Shown: in pieces, positions 27,953 through 36,976 of the stretch
Numbering within the stretch: position 1 is the stretch's first letter
How the letters are laid out: the number at the start of each line of letters is the position of its first letter
IMG/VR virus record: IMGVR_UViG_3300010157_000005
Location: 1-40,512 of that record
Strand: one strand, 5' to 3'
Length of the DNA: 40,512 bases
From: a virus
Taxonomy: Duplodnaviria; Caudoviricetes
Notes under the pieces: model-generated
The model's database searches: none
What the model was told of the DNA's origin: nothing
What the model saw: only the letters and a program-made list of their open reading frames with translations
Translations under genes and position numbers: made by a program

Positions 27953-28413
27953 TAAACCCTCAACGCTTTCATAAGAGCAGTTTTGTAAACATTACGGACA
28001 CGATTGCCTTCGCCCATAATTGTAGCAGTAGGAGCGACAAATGGATACTTTACACCTGAAGTCCATCTTGGGTTACCTAACTCCAATGACCGAGCATAAA
28101 CAACTCCAGGACCAACAACTGCTTGGTATTCACCAAAACCAATCTGCTTAGTAAAACTGCTTGGGACAATAGAGTTTTTTAAGGCACCTGTGACGGATGA
28201 TGGCTTACCCTCAACAACTGTGGGACTTGATGAGCGTGGTGTTCCGTATGCGTGACCGCCAACAATTTGTTCCATCATTACGGAACTAGCATCTAATTCA
28301 ATTGCGGTTGTTGCAAGCATTACCGCTTGGTCTATTGCTTCTTGTGTAAGTTTTAGTTTTGCAATGGTTTCGGATACGCCCACAACTTTAACTGAAATAA
28401 GTTCACCCGACAC
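27952..28413 (-). CDS. HK97 gp10-like neck/tail completion protein
   Basis: TGALKNSI...YARSLELG...YPFVAP. Confidence 0.8.
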   Translation of the reverse strand: MSGELISVKVVGVSETIAKLKLTQEAIDQAVMLATTAIELDASSVMMEQIVGGHAYGTPRSSSPTVVEGKPSSVTGALKNSIVPSSFTKQIGFGEYQAVVGPGVVYARSLELGNPRWTSGVKYPFVAPTATIMGEGNRVRNVYKTALMKALRV

Positions 28414-28435
28414 AGTATTAGTATCTCATTACCAA

Positions 28436-28472
28436 TACAAAAAAGAAAGCCCCAACTAATGCCGAGGCTTCC
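28436..28472 (-). terminator. Intrinsic terminator closing the leftward island unit
   Basis: GGAAGCCUCGGC-AUUA-GUUGGGGCUUUC-UUUUUU. Confidence 0.8.
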
Positions 28473-28535
28473 TTTGCGGCTTACTTCCCCAAGTGGCCAC
28501 TACCACTCTATGCGTACTTGAGCAGTACTGCCAAA

Positions 28536-28808
28536 CTATGCGTCTAAACACTCTTCACAGTCTGCATTACAATCTCCCAAACCTAAGCGTGCAGTTTTAA
28601 TAAGTGCTTTCCAACACTCGGTTAATGTTTTTTCGCGTATCCAAGTGTTATGCGAGCCAGACTCCACCCAATACTTGCCTACGGGTGCTTCATAATCTAC
28701 TGTGTAGATTAAATCAGGAAATCCTAAGTGTTCTACTACACAATCAGTTGCACCCAACTGCTCCATAAGTTCAATTGCTTTTTGCTTGTAGCCAGTTGCT
28801 GTTGTCAT
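28536..28808 (-). CDS. Hypothetical island protein (start ATG 28808)
   Basis: AAAGGAGG RBS; C-terminal CxxxCxxC. Confidence 0.75.
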   Translation of the reverse strand: MTTATGYKQKAIELMEQLGATDCVVEHLGFPDLIYTVDYEAPVGKYWVESGSHNTWIREKTLTECWKALIKTARLGLGDCNADCEECLDA

Positions 28809-28812
28809 TTTC

Positions 28813-28885
28813 ACCTCCTTTGGTCTACGGCTTCTTACGCCGACAAGTTGATTCTATCACAAAACCAATTAAATTGGAAATGAAT
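28813..28885 (-). promoter_or_regulatory. Early promoter + leader hairpin + RBS, copy D
   Basis: TAGAAT (28851-56), 8 nt, CGGC-GTAAGAA-GCCG (28828-42). Confidence 0.8.
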
Positions 28886-28956
28886 TAACTTTTAGACAAA
28901 ACTACAAAACTTTTTTTAACTTTTTTTCTGTTGCTATCTAACGGTTTCTAACGACT

Positions 28957-29050
28957 AGAAAAAAAATTTGTAGAATAATTGTACATTTACAACTTAAATA
29001 GGTAATAATGGAACCAACACGGGGTAAGAACCCGACAACCTAAAGGAGAA
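28957..29050 (+). promoter_or_regulatory. Early promoter + leader hairpin + RBS, copy E
   Basis: A-tract, TGTACA-N18-AATAAT, 10 nt, CGGG-GTAAGAA-CCCG (29020-34), AAAGGAGA. Confidence 0.85.
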
Positions 29051-29054
29051 CCAA

Positions 29055-29351
29055 ATGAACATCACAACCGCCAAACAAATCGTTGCACAGTTTGCCGATA
29101 AAGGCTGGGAAATTAAAGTTGAACAAGACACCACAGAACGCTACTGGGTCTTTATCTCCAACTGCCATCAAACCGCTTGGTACGAATCATTTGACACTTA
29201 CTTCGTGGCAGTAAATCTAGACACCTACACCATGCGTTGTAGTACACGCATCTCGGCACACCGCTTTGGCAAGGCGGTAGAAATCAAGCAACGAGCATTG
29301 GCAACTTACGCAAAGTACGCAGAAAACTACACAGCAAAGGTAGGTGCATAA
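29055..29351 (+). CDS. Hypothetical island protein
   Basis: Strong RBS behind cassette E. Confidence 0.8.
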   Translation: MNITTAKQIVAQFADKGWEIKVEQDTTERYWVFISNCHQTAWYESFDTYFVAVNLDTYTMRCSTRISAHRFGKAVEIKQRALATYAKYAENYTAKVGA

Positions 29352-29545
29352 TGATACTTAATAAAATACGGGCTGGGTACTATGACCACCAACAATTTTC
29401 CCTAATCAAGGAAGACTCGGGTTGGTGGACTGTTTACGAGTGGAACGCAGAGCATACCGAAAGCACCTACATTTGCTCATCTGACAAATTGGAATTCGCC
29501 AAATTACAATTGAAAATGTTTATTGAACTAAGGGCAGGTGCATAA
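29351..29545 (+). CDS. Hypothetical island protein
   Basis: TAATG coupling. Confidence 0.75.
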   Translation: MILNKIRAGYYDHQQFSLIKEDSGWWTVYEWNAEHTESTYICSSDKLEFAKLQLKMFIELRAGA

Positions 29546-29721
29546 TGACAAACTGGATTAAAACCGCAGACGGTTACACATGGCGTGGATACGAAATCAG
29601 AAAAGCCAAAGCGTGGAATCAAACCATCTGGCTAATCTCACGCAACGGCGAGGTGTTCAGCAAAAAGCATACTTTGAGGGAAGCAAAAGAGTTTATGGAA
29701 ATCTGGCTAGACGAGGACTAA
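29545..29721 (+). CDS. 58-aa hypothetical island protein (absent from ORF track)
   Basis: TAATG coupling; MTNWIKTADGYTWRGYEIRK...TLREAKEFMEIWLDED. Confidence 0.75.
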   Translation: MTNWIKTADGYTWRGYEIRKAKAWNQTIWLISRNGEVFSKKHTLREAKEFMEIWLDED

Positions 29722-29772
29722 AAAAATGGGAGGAACTAGGTGAGTGGAAGGCATTACCCACCTAGTTCCCAT
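29720..29772. terminator. Terminator between convergent units (U-tract on minus strand)
   Basis: 11-bp stem GGAACTAGGTG/CACCTAGTTCC; A7 at 29720-26. Confidence 0.7.
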
Positions 29773-29776
29773 CAGG

Positions 29777-30265
29777 TCACGCAGTGAAAATCTGTGTAAC
29801 CTGAAATCTAATTCCAGCCCAAATCTCTGTTGCCCCACGATTGGAAGTTGCTGGCGTTCCGTACATCACATTAAGACTTGGTTCCGCACCCTGCCAGACA
29901 AGTTGTCCTGTGTCATCACCAAAGCGGTGGTCACTTCTAAGTCTTCCTTTAATGTCGTCAATAAGTGTGTCAAAAGTGTCCATCACCGTTTCGCTGTTTT
30001 GTTCTAGCGAGTGCATAAAGACCTGAAGCACTAAGTCGTAGTCAATTCTTTTCTTGCCACCTGTTGCACCGCCGAGTGCAATACGAGTTTCAGTTTCGCC
30101 CTCAATAAAGATAAACGCTTGTGCTCGTGAGTTTTGACCAGCAACCGCACCCTCTTGAAAGTTAATTTGCTTGGGCATTGAAGTCCAAACTTTATTCAAG
30201 TTAGGGATGTTGGCGGTAGAAAGAAAATTGTAAAGTGTCTGCCGAACCTCTGCACGAGTTGCCAT
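29777..30265 (-). CDS. Tail terminator/completion protein
   Basis: Position and size after the adaptor. Confidence 0.65.
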   Translation of the reverse strand: MATRAEVRQTLYNFLSTANIPNLNKVWTSMPKQINFQEGAVAGQNSRAQAFIFIEGETETRIALGGATGGKKRIDYDLVLQVFMHSLEQNSETVMDTFDTLIDDIKGRLRSDHRFGDDTGQLVWQGAEPSLNVMYGTPATSNRGATEIWAGIRFQVTQIFTA

Positions 30266-31161
30266 TAACGCATCCTACGGAACGGTTGTAGAAGTTCTTT
30301 CGCCAAAGCCAAATCGTAATCCAACTGGGCACGATTTAGACCAACAGTACCCACCTGATTAGTTACCTGCATCGTTAGTGAGTAATCGCCACGAACTTTC
30401 AAGAAAGCGGTTGTCGCCAAAATTGCCGCTTCTTTAATCGCTGGTGGAAGTGCGGAGATAGAGATTCCCTTATTGTGTGCGTATAACAACCCAGATGTGA
30501 GCGGAACCGTCGTGGAATTAAATGTGTATGTGTCCGCAACTGTCACCAACTCGGTAGATGAACCGTCATAAATCTGCAAACTCATACCAGCCGTAATGCC
30601 AGAAGCATCTTTAACCGTCAATGTGGTGGCGTTGGCAGAAGCATTTGCGCCAATAACCGTGTTTGTGTACCCAGCAACATACTGATACTTACAAAAAACT
30701 AATTGACTTGGTGAAGATGGGATACCAAACTGAAGTGGACCAGCCGAACTAATTGACCCAGATGCCGCCGTGTAAGGAAGAACAATCTGAGTATCCTCTA
30801 TCCAGCCCTGAGAGCAGTCTAGATAGGTGTTCATTTGGTTTGGGTATGTTCCATAGGACAGAGATAAAAGTGCCACTACGGGGTTGTAGCGAGGATGTAG
30901 GACTATTGTCCCATCAGGTCGCATACGAGTCCGTTGTTGCTCGGTTTCCAAAGTGGCAGCCAAAACCTGATTGCAGTAGGTGTCAATCCAAGAAGATGCC
31001 CTAGCAATTGCATTATTTAATTCAGCATCTTGGACTGCTGGGTCACCAGAATTAACCACAAGATTGTTGTAGTCAATTGCGGTAGGTGCAGACTTAAACT
31101 CGGCAATCGTTAAATACGGTGTTGAGTTTAATTTAGTTGTACCGCCATAAAGATTAGACAT
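30265..31161 (-). CDS. Head-tail adaptor with inserted beta domain
   Basis: YLTIAEFK...ASSWIDTYC...YVAGY...LPPAIKEAA...ELLQPFRR. Confidence 0.8.
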   Translation of the reverse strand: MSNLYGGTTKLNSTPYLTIAEFKSAPTAIDYNNLVVNSGDPAVQDAELNNAIARASSWIDTYCNQVLAATLETEQQRTRMRPDGTIVLHPRYNPVVALLSLSYGTYPNQMNTYLDCSQGWIEDTQIVLPYTAASGSISSAGPLQFGIPSSPSQLVFCKYQYVAGYTNTVIGANASANATTLTVKDASGITAGMSLQIYDGSSTELVTVADTYTFNSTTVPLTSGLLYAHNKGISISALPPAIKEAAILATTAFLKVRGDYSLTMQVTNQVGTVGLNRAQLDYDLALAKELLQPFRRMR

Positions 31162-31166
31162 AAAAC

Positions 31167-31427
31167 CTACTTATTTACCGTTCCGCATTTAGAACACTTT
31201 GCAAAAAAACTACCAAATCCACAATTAGAACAATCGTAGCCTTTAACGACAGCCACACCACTAGCGGAAGCCTTAGCAAACCCACTCTGTTGTAACGCCT
31301 TTTCATCTGCCTTAGATTGCGGAACATAAAACCCATCTTTATCTCTTGGGATTTCCCGAGTGTGCCCAGTAATAGCACCACTAACCGACACACCGCTAAC
31401 TGCTCTGTCAGCAAAATACTTCGTCAT
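31167..31427 (-). CDS. Small protein with C-terminal Zn ribbon
   Basis: CSNCG...CSKCG; AGGAGG RBS. Confidence 0.75.
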   Translation of the reverse strand: MTKYFADRAVSGVSVSGAITGHTREIPRDKDGFYVPQSKADEKALQQSGFAKASASGVAVVKGYDCSNCGFGSFFAKCSKCGTVNK

Positions 31428-31440
31428 AAATTACCCTCCT

Positions 31441-31486
31441 AAAATAGAAAGCCCCAACCCCCAATTTCTAGAGGTCGGGGCTTCCC
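31441..31486 (-). terminator. Intrinsic terminator after the capsid gene
   Basis: GGAAGCCCCGACCUC...GGGGUUGGGGCUUUC-UAUUUU. Confidence 0.8.
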
Positions 31487-31501
31487 TAACTTAATTACTT
31501 A

Positions 31502-33163
31502 TTAAACGGCTTTAATGCCAGTCACAACACCGTTGAAGGTAGGTGCGTAACAAACAAATGTACCGTTCCAGTAAGTGCTATTTGAGTAGTTGAAGTCCAC
31601 TACTGGCCACTCAATACCCATGTAGTCCTGCACATTAACTACTGACCAAACTTCAGAAACCTGAGTGTCTGGGATAGGTAGTGTGTATGACAAAACGGCA
31701 GAGTTGCCCTGTGGCATCCAAGGATGTACCTGAACATTAACGAACTTGCCAGTTACCTCGTTGTGGATACCCTGAACAACATCACCAATTGCGACACCAT
31801 CAAGTTCGCTCTGCTGGATGTTTAGACGGTAAGCGCCAACATTGCTTGCTGAACCCTTGATTGCATCAGACAACTGCTTGCGGTCAAGACCGTTCATCAA
31901 GATTTCGTCTGGGTCAGCCTTAACATTGGAGTAAAGGGTTGCAAAAACGCTCTGGAACTCAACACCAGGGTTGGTGGTGCTTAGAGCAGAGTTGATGCGG
32001 TTATTTACACCGTTGGCAAGGATGATTGGCATAATGCCGTCGTAGCCAGTTGCGTAAGCAGAAGTATCTGAAGCGTACTTGTCTGCGGTGTTGGTTCCTG
32101 TGGTGATAAGAGCCGAAGCACCAAGTGTAAAGACATTGTAGCCAGTACGACCTTGGAAAATAAGGTTAGCAGCACCAGTGGTTTGGCTTGCAAAGATTTC
32201 GTAGCCAAGTGCACCAGCAACATCAGTACCAATCTTCACATCAAGCACATTACCTGCGGTTACAGATGCGGATGTAATGATGTTAGATGCTACCGAGCCA
32301 CCGAAGTCACCTGAGTCAGCAACAACAGATACATAGTAAACACCACTTGCTAGACCAACTTCACCAGTACCAGCAGCACGAGCGGTCAAGGTGATTGCGT
32401 TGGTGGTTGCATCTGGCTTAGCCAAAGCACCAACAAAGCCTGTGTCAGTACCACGAGATGTTAGAAGCATACGCTCTTCCATCAACATAGATGAGTACAA
32501 GGTTGTGGTCTGTGCCAACTGGCGAATGTCCTGATAACCCTGACCAGAGAACTGTGCAGAGAAAGGAACATTGTCAGATAGTGAGAACTGCTTGTAGTTA
32601 ACAACTTTGTCGTAACCGTTGTAAGTGATTTTCTTACCACGATTGTAAGTGGTTGTTGAACCAAAGGTGTCAGTGCTGGTGTCAGTAATACCAGGGAAAA
32701 TGTTGCCCTGACTTCCTGTGCCAGTACCAGTGTAACCGTCAATTACCTTAAAGCGGTGAGCAAGACCGACACCCTTTTTACGAACAATTTTGTTACGCAA
32801 AGGTGTTGGGCGAGGTGCAATAAGTTTTGCAGGTGCTTCCAAGTCAAACGCAACAAGACCAGTAGAAATTGGGTTTGTGGTGGTGATGTCTTTTACAATG
32901 TCTGAACGCATTGTGTCCAAAGCGGTAGTCAAAGATGACAACGCTTCTGGTGACATTGACTTAGTTACACTTGCATTGCTAACAAGTGATTCAAGTGTTG
33001 CGGCTGGAGATACCTGTGGTGTCATACCAGGCACAGTGGTTTCGCCACTGATACCTTTTGCGATTGACTCGGTAAGTGCACCTAAGTATTCTTCGTGCTT
33101 TTGTGCCGCAACTACTGGGCTATCGGTACCGTATAGGTCCGTTGCCTTTGGCGAATTTGCCAT
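31502..33163 (-). CDS. Major capsid protein (start ATG 33163)
   Basis: Follows the protease, ends at a terminator; FDLEAPAK...TPLRNKI...VHPWMPQG. Confidence 0.85.
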   Translation of the reverse strand: MANSPKATDLYGTDSPVVAAQKHEEYLGALTESIAKGISGETTVPGMTPQVSPAATLESLVSNASVTKSMSPEALSSLTTALDTMRSDIVKDITTTNPISTGLVAFDLEAPAKLIAPRPTPLRNKIVRKKGVGLAHRFKVIDGYTGTGTGSQGNIFPGITDTSTDTFGSTTTYNRGKKITYNGYDKVVNYKQFSLSDNVPFSAQFSGQGYQDIRQLAQTTTLYSSMLMEERMLLTSRGTDTGFVGALAKPDATTNAITLTARAAGTGEVGLASGVYYVSVVADSGDFGGSVASNIITSASVTAGNVLDVKIGTDVAGALGYEIFASQTTGAANLIFQGRTGYNVFTLGASALITTGTNTADKYASDTSAYATGYDGIMPIILANGVNNRINSALSTTNPGVEFQSVFATLYSNVKADPDEILMNGLDRKQLSDAIKGSASNVGAYRLNIQQSELDGVAIGDVVQGIHNEVTGKFVNVQVHPWMPQGNSAVLSYTLPIPDTQVSEVWSVVNVQDYMGIEWPVVDFNYSNSTYWNGTFVCYAPTFNGVVTGIKAV

Positions 33164-33184
33164 TGTAGTTTCCCCTTTCAAGGG

Positions 33185-34447
33185 TTAGTTGTTTTCGGAA
33201 CTTTCTAAATCTCTTGCCAACTGTAAGTAACCAGTAGCAAGTGACTTATCTAGGGTTGCCTTCGCTTTTGCTCGGTACTGTTTTGCCAGTAACGAACTAT
33301 TATTTTTTGCATCAACCGTCTTTGTGACAAGTCGTGATGGACCTGTCGGTGCGGCGAGTGCTTTAACCGTTGCTAGTTCCGACTCCAACTCCTTAATGCG
33401 TTGTGAGTCATCTGCCTTTGTTATTGCATCTTCGCTAACTGTGCTATTGGTTAGTATGCTTTTCACAACTTCCGTGATTAACTCGCGTAGTTGTAAATCT
33501 GTTAAATCGGCTTTGGTAGATTTTTCTTCTGCCACAAATCCGCCCTCTGCACATTTGCAGTCGTCTTCAGACTTTCCACAGTCTTTACACATCTTTTCAT
33601 CTGCGTCTGCCTTTTCTTCCACAGGTTCTTCCACAGGTTCTTTTTTAGGCTCTTCTTTATCTGGTGCGTCAGCCATCTCAAGGCTTTCTTCTTCTGGTGT
33701 GTCTTCCATTGACATAACTTCTCCCTCGGCGGCTTCACCCTCGTGAAACTCAAATAGTGCGTGGATAGCAGATAACAGTAGTGCAACCGAGCGTGATTCA
33801 TCAGAACCATCACCAAGTTCATTTGCTTCTACTGCCAATAACCCAGCCAAACCTTGCCGTGCTTGGTCAAAGAATGCTTGGTCAAACTTTTTTACATCAC
33901 CAGCAATTTCTTTTGCGGTGTTAATTAAGTCGGTTGCGGTAATTGTTTTTGTTTCATTTAATTCTTCCACCTGAACAACCTCATTACCAATTGATTTAGC
34001 CATAACCAATGTGCAAGACGGATTTGCAGGTCGGTCCACAAGACTTACTTCTACAATTTCGCCATCAACAATTCTGCCACCAAGTGCTTTATTGTCTTTT
34101 GCTACTCTGGCACCACGAATCCCAATGCTGAAACCTTTAAGAACGCCCGCTTTAACTTTGGTTACACTGCTTGGGTCTACCACATGGGCGGTAATAAAGT
34201 GTTGTGAGCCTTTGGCTTCGTATTCTGTTGCAACACCAGCAGCAATCTGTGAGTGTTGTTCGCGGATGTTTCCGTACTTAAACCAATCGGGCATTGCTTT
34301 GCTTAACCAAGCAGGGTCACAAACCTGTTGGTCGGAGTCTAATGTGTCATCCGTTGCCTTGCCGTACACAAGTAATGTGCCGTCTGCTTTGTCCTCAAAC
34401 TTAATAATCTCCGCAAAGGCGGTTGCATTATTTGTCTGTGCCATCAT
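33185..34447 (-). CDS. Prohead protease with acidic scaffold region
   Basis: NIREQH, LKGFSIG, EVSLVDRPANP. Confidence 0.92.
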   Translation of the reverse strand: MMAQTNNATAFAEIIKFEDKADGTLLVYGKATDDTLDSDQQVCDPAWLSKAMPDWFKYGNIREQHSQIAAGVATEYEAKGSQHFITAHVVDPSSVTKVKAGVLKGFSIGIRGARVAKDNKALGGRIVDGEIVEVSLVDRPANPSCTLVMAKSIGNEVVQVEELNETKTITATDLINTAKEIAGDVKKFDQAFFDQARQGLAGLLAVEANELGDGSDESRSVALLLSAIHALFEFHEGEAAEGEVMSMEDTPEEESLEMADAPDKEEPKKEPVEEPVEEKADADEKMCKDCGKSEDDCKCAEGGFVAEEKSTKADLTDLQLRELITEVVKSILTNSTVSEDAITKADDSQRIKELESELATVKALAAPTGPSRLVTKTVDAKNNSSLLAKQYRAKAKATLDKSLATGYLQLARDLESSENN

Positions 34448-34504
34448 TATCCTTAGTTTGAGTTCTTAAATTGTAGCGTACACTATGTTTGTTTGTCTAC
34501 GATG

Positions 34505-34621
34505 CTATTTAACTTTTAGACTTGTTTTGTCAATTGCTATGCTGGCATCTTTTAAGCAGTCGCCGTATGAATTATGGTCTTGAGTTTTGCAACCTGCTCG
34601 GCAATTAGGATTTTGTTTCAT
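34505..34621 (-). CDS. 38-aa Cys/His mini-protein (absent from ORF track)
   Basis: MKQNPNCRAGCKTQDHNSYGDCLKD...; TAATG coupling. Confidence 0.6.
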   Translation of the reverse strand: MKQNPNCRAGCKTQDHNSYGDCLKDASIAIDKTSLKVK

Positions 34622-35595
34622 TATGCGGCTTGCAACCAACAAGTTATAGCGGCGGTTGAGTTGTTACTTGGTGATGCTGGCGGATTTGGTAGCGCACCGC
34701 TTACAGATGTTTGCTGTTGATTTGACATGACCGTTCCAGAAGACGGTTGCGCAACCATTCTTTGTTGGCCGCCAATGGTTGATGTTGCGGCTGTGCCGTA
34801 GAATGAGCCAGTTGCACCTTGTAGAACTGCGCCTAACCAATACCAACCAGCAGGCAATGTTTGACCGCAAGTGGCCGATTGAACCGTGTTGATAACTGAT
34901 GTGCTTGCAATGTTCACAGCACCTGAATCAAAAACCAACGAGCCACATGAGCCACCGCCATCATTGTAAATGCCTAAGCGCACATTGCCTGTTGCAGTAA
35001 TTGTGGCTGATGTAAGTCCAATAGTTGAAAATGTAGTTGGTGCGCCAACATAGAAAGGCGTTAAATAAAGTGTGTTTTGAGCAAATGTAGCCGCGGCAGT
35101 AACGCTTATCTGAACGGCTGAGCGATAGTATGCACCCGAAACAAACGGCAAGTATTGTGAGCCAATACCTAAATTACTTCTTGCAACATCTAAATTAGAT
35201 GCATTTGTTCCGCCTTGTGCAATCGTTACAACATTCGCCGTGGATAGCAATGTGCCAGTTGTCGGCAAGGTAACTGAGGTGTTGCCAGCAGTAGCAAGGC
35301 TAACCGTGTTGGTGCTTGAGCCAATAGTTGTCGTGCCTGAAGTTGTTAAATTGCCGCCAACAGTTATTGTTTTTGTGCCGTTGTTCACGCCAGTACCGCC
35401 GTTAGTACCAGACAATAAGCCAACAAAATTAGATGTATCCGTTGCGTACTCTAATAAATTCCACGCAACACCGCCTGAACCAATCTTAAATTTGCCCGTG
35501 TTGGTTTCAAAACCAATCTCGCCATCGGATAAAACCTGCGTTGTCCAATCAGTGTCCAAACCTCTGCGGACTTGTATGTTAGTTATTCTACTCAT
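34621..35595 (-). CDS. Fibre/spike protein with Mtd-N/hyaluronidase-like N-terminus
   Basis: IQVRRG...LSDGEIGFETNTGKFKIG; GGT repeats; ARSNLGI. Confidence 0.75.
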   Translation of the reverse strand: MSRITNIQVRRGLDTDWTTQVLSDGEIGFETNTGKFKIGSGGVAWNLLEYATDTSNFVGLLSGTNGGTGVNNGTKTITVGGNLTTSGTTTIGSSTNTVSLATAGNTSVTLPTTGTLLSTANVVTIAQGGTNASNLDVARSNLGIGSQYLPFVSGAYYRSAVQISVTAAATFAQNTLYLTPFYVGAPTTFSTIGLTSATITATGNVRLGIYNDGGGSCGSLVFDSGAVNIASTSVINTVQSATCGQTLPAGWYWLGAVLQGATGSFYGTAATSTIGGQQRMVAQPSSGTVMSNQQQTSVSGALPNPPASPSNNSTAAITCWLQAA

Positions 35596-36206
35596 TAAGG
35601 ATTCACTACTCCATAAAGTTGATAGTTAGCAGTAATTGTTCCAGTTGTAACCGTAAAAATAATACCATCAGCCGACACAGGTGTGCCCGATGCTCCGTGC
35701 CATGCGTTAAAGGTTGCCGAAGCAAAACCGCCTTGCGTTGTAACGGCAGAATGATTAGTTGTGGTGTAAACAGTTGCACTTAGGGGATTATAAATCTTTA
35801 ACTCTAAGGGCATTTGTGGATAGGCACTTGCAGGATTACCGTAAGTCAATCTTTGACTTGTGGCAGTTGTGTTGGTTAGACCACTAACAACAGAGGATGT
35901 TTGTAGCATTTGCATGTCAGAATAAACGGCTGAGGATAAAGTTGAACCGCTTTTGCGATACTGAAAAGTTACAGCCGCGGCTGAACTTGATTGAGCGGTT
36001 ATTTGAAACTTTAAAACATAATCTCTGTATGTGCTAGTAAAAATGTTATCTAAAGTAAGAAACGCGCCTGATGTTGCTGTAACCGTACCACCGCTAATTG
36101 GCACAATTCCCGTTGTGGCAGGATTGCCTTGCGCACCTTGCGCACCCGTAGCACCAACAACAGCATTTGCCCATTGCGTACCATCCCAATACTTTAATTG
36201 ACTCAT
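35595..36206 (-). CDS. Fibre/receptor-binding-like protein
   Basis: LKYWDGTQW, short GXY repeat, beta-rich C-domain ending YQLYGV. Confidence 0.65.
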   Translation of the reverse strand: MSQLKYWDGTQWANAVVGATGAQGAQGNPATTGIVPISGGTVTATSGAFLTLDNIFTSTYRDYVLKFQITAQSSSAAAVTFQYRKSGSTLSSAVYSDMQMLQTSSVVSGLTNTTATSQRLTYGNPASAYPQMPLELKIYNPLSATVYTTTNHSAVTTQGGFASATFNAWHGASGTPVSADGIIFTVTTGTITANYQLYGVVNP

Positions 36207-36976
36207 GGTGTACCGCCGTCAATGGTAGTAATAGTTGCTCCTGCCGATGCTGTATCTAGCCAAACAACAGTTGTATCAGACGGTGCGGTTGCTGATGCAA
36301 CAATACCTGCAAGCCCTGTATTGCCACGAGGGATAGTGAAATCTAGTAAAGCCGCACTTGTTGAACCAGCATTAATGACCGTGGCGTTTGTTCCAGCCGC
36401 GCCCGTATAAGTATTGCGAACATCAATAGTTGCCGCCGCGCCCGTATCACCTTTAGATGCCGTTAAAGTCCAATGGCTTGAATCGCTAGATGGAATCGTT
36501 GAACCCGATACGGCCAAGATACAAACATAAGTTGAACCGTTGTAAGTTACTACATCGTAAGCCGCGTAACTTGTACCCGATACCCATGCGTTGCGGTAAG
36601 TAAATCCTTGACCTGTTGCACCTGTGTTGCCACGAGGGATTGTAAATTGAAATAAGGCATTATTGCTATCACCTTGATTTGTTACACTTGCGTTTGTTCC
36701 AGCCGCACCAGTAATAGTTGGATTGTAAATGTCTACGGTAGCCGCCGCTCCTGTGTTGCCACGAGGAATTACAAAATCTAGTGAAGCCGCGTATTGGTCG
36801 CCAACATTATTTACTGTTGCGTTTGTTCCAGCCGCACCAGTTGATGTTGAATGAACATTAATTGTTGCGGCTTTTCCAGTAGCACCTTGTGCACCGACAC
36901 TAGAAACCGTGACCGTGTAAACCTGTGGGGAAACTTCCACAATCACTGGTTGGCTGACAACTGTTATGTCGCTCAT
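36203..36976 (-). CDS. Collagen-like fibre with three internal repeats and a CBM5/12-like domain
   Basis: TGAAGTNA..V.N.G...F.IPRGNTG x3; AWVSGTSYAAYDVVTYNGSTY. Confidence 0.75.
   Translation of the reverse strand: MSDITVVSQPVIVEVSPQVYTVTVSSVGAQGATGKAATINVHSTSTGAAGTNATVNNVGDQYAASLDFVIPRGNTGAAATVDIYNPTITGAAGTNASVTNQGDSNNALFQFTIPRGNTGATGQGFTYRNAWVSGTSYAAYDVVTYNGSTYVCILAVSGSTIPSSDSSHWTLTASKGDTGAAATIDVRNTYTGAAGTNATVINAGSTSAALLDFTIPRGNTGLAGIVASATAPSDTTVVWLDTASAGATITTIDGGTP

Noticed and set aside
29580-29765. Track ORF 29580-29765 (+)
   Set aside because: The TAATG-coupled 29545-29721 frame fits better, and this ORF runs into the terminator hairpin
34621-35595. Mtd-like fibre as a DGR target
   Set aside because: No reverse transcriptase and no template/variable repeat pair found
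36203-36976. DNA repeats (GTTTGTTCCAGCCGC, TTGCCACGAGG, three each) as an array
   Set aside because: They are in-frame protein repeats of the fibre
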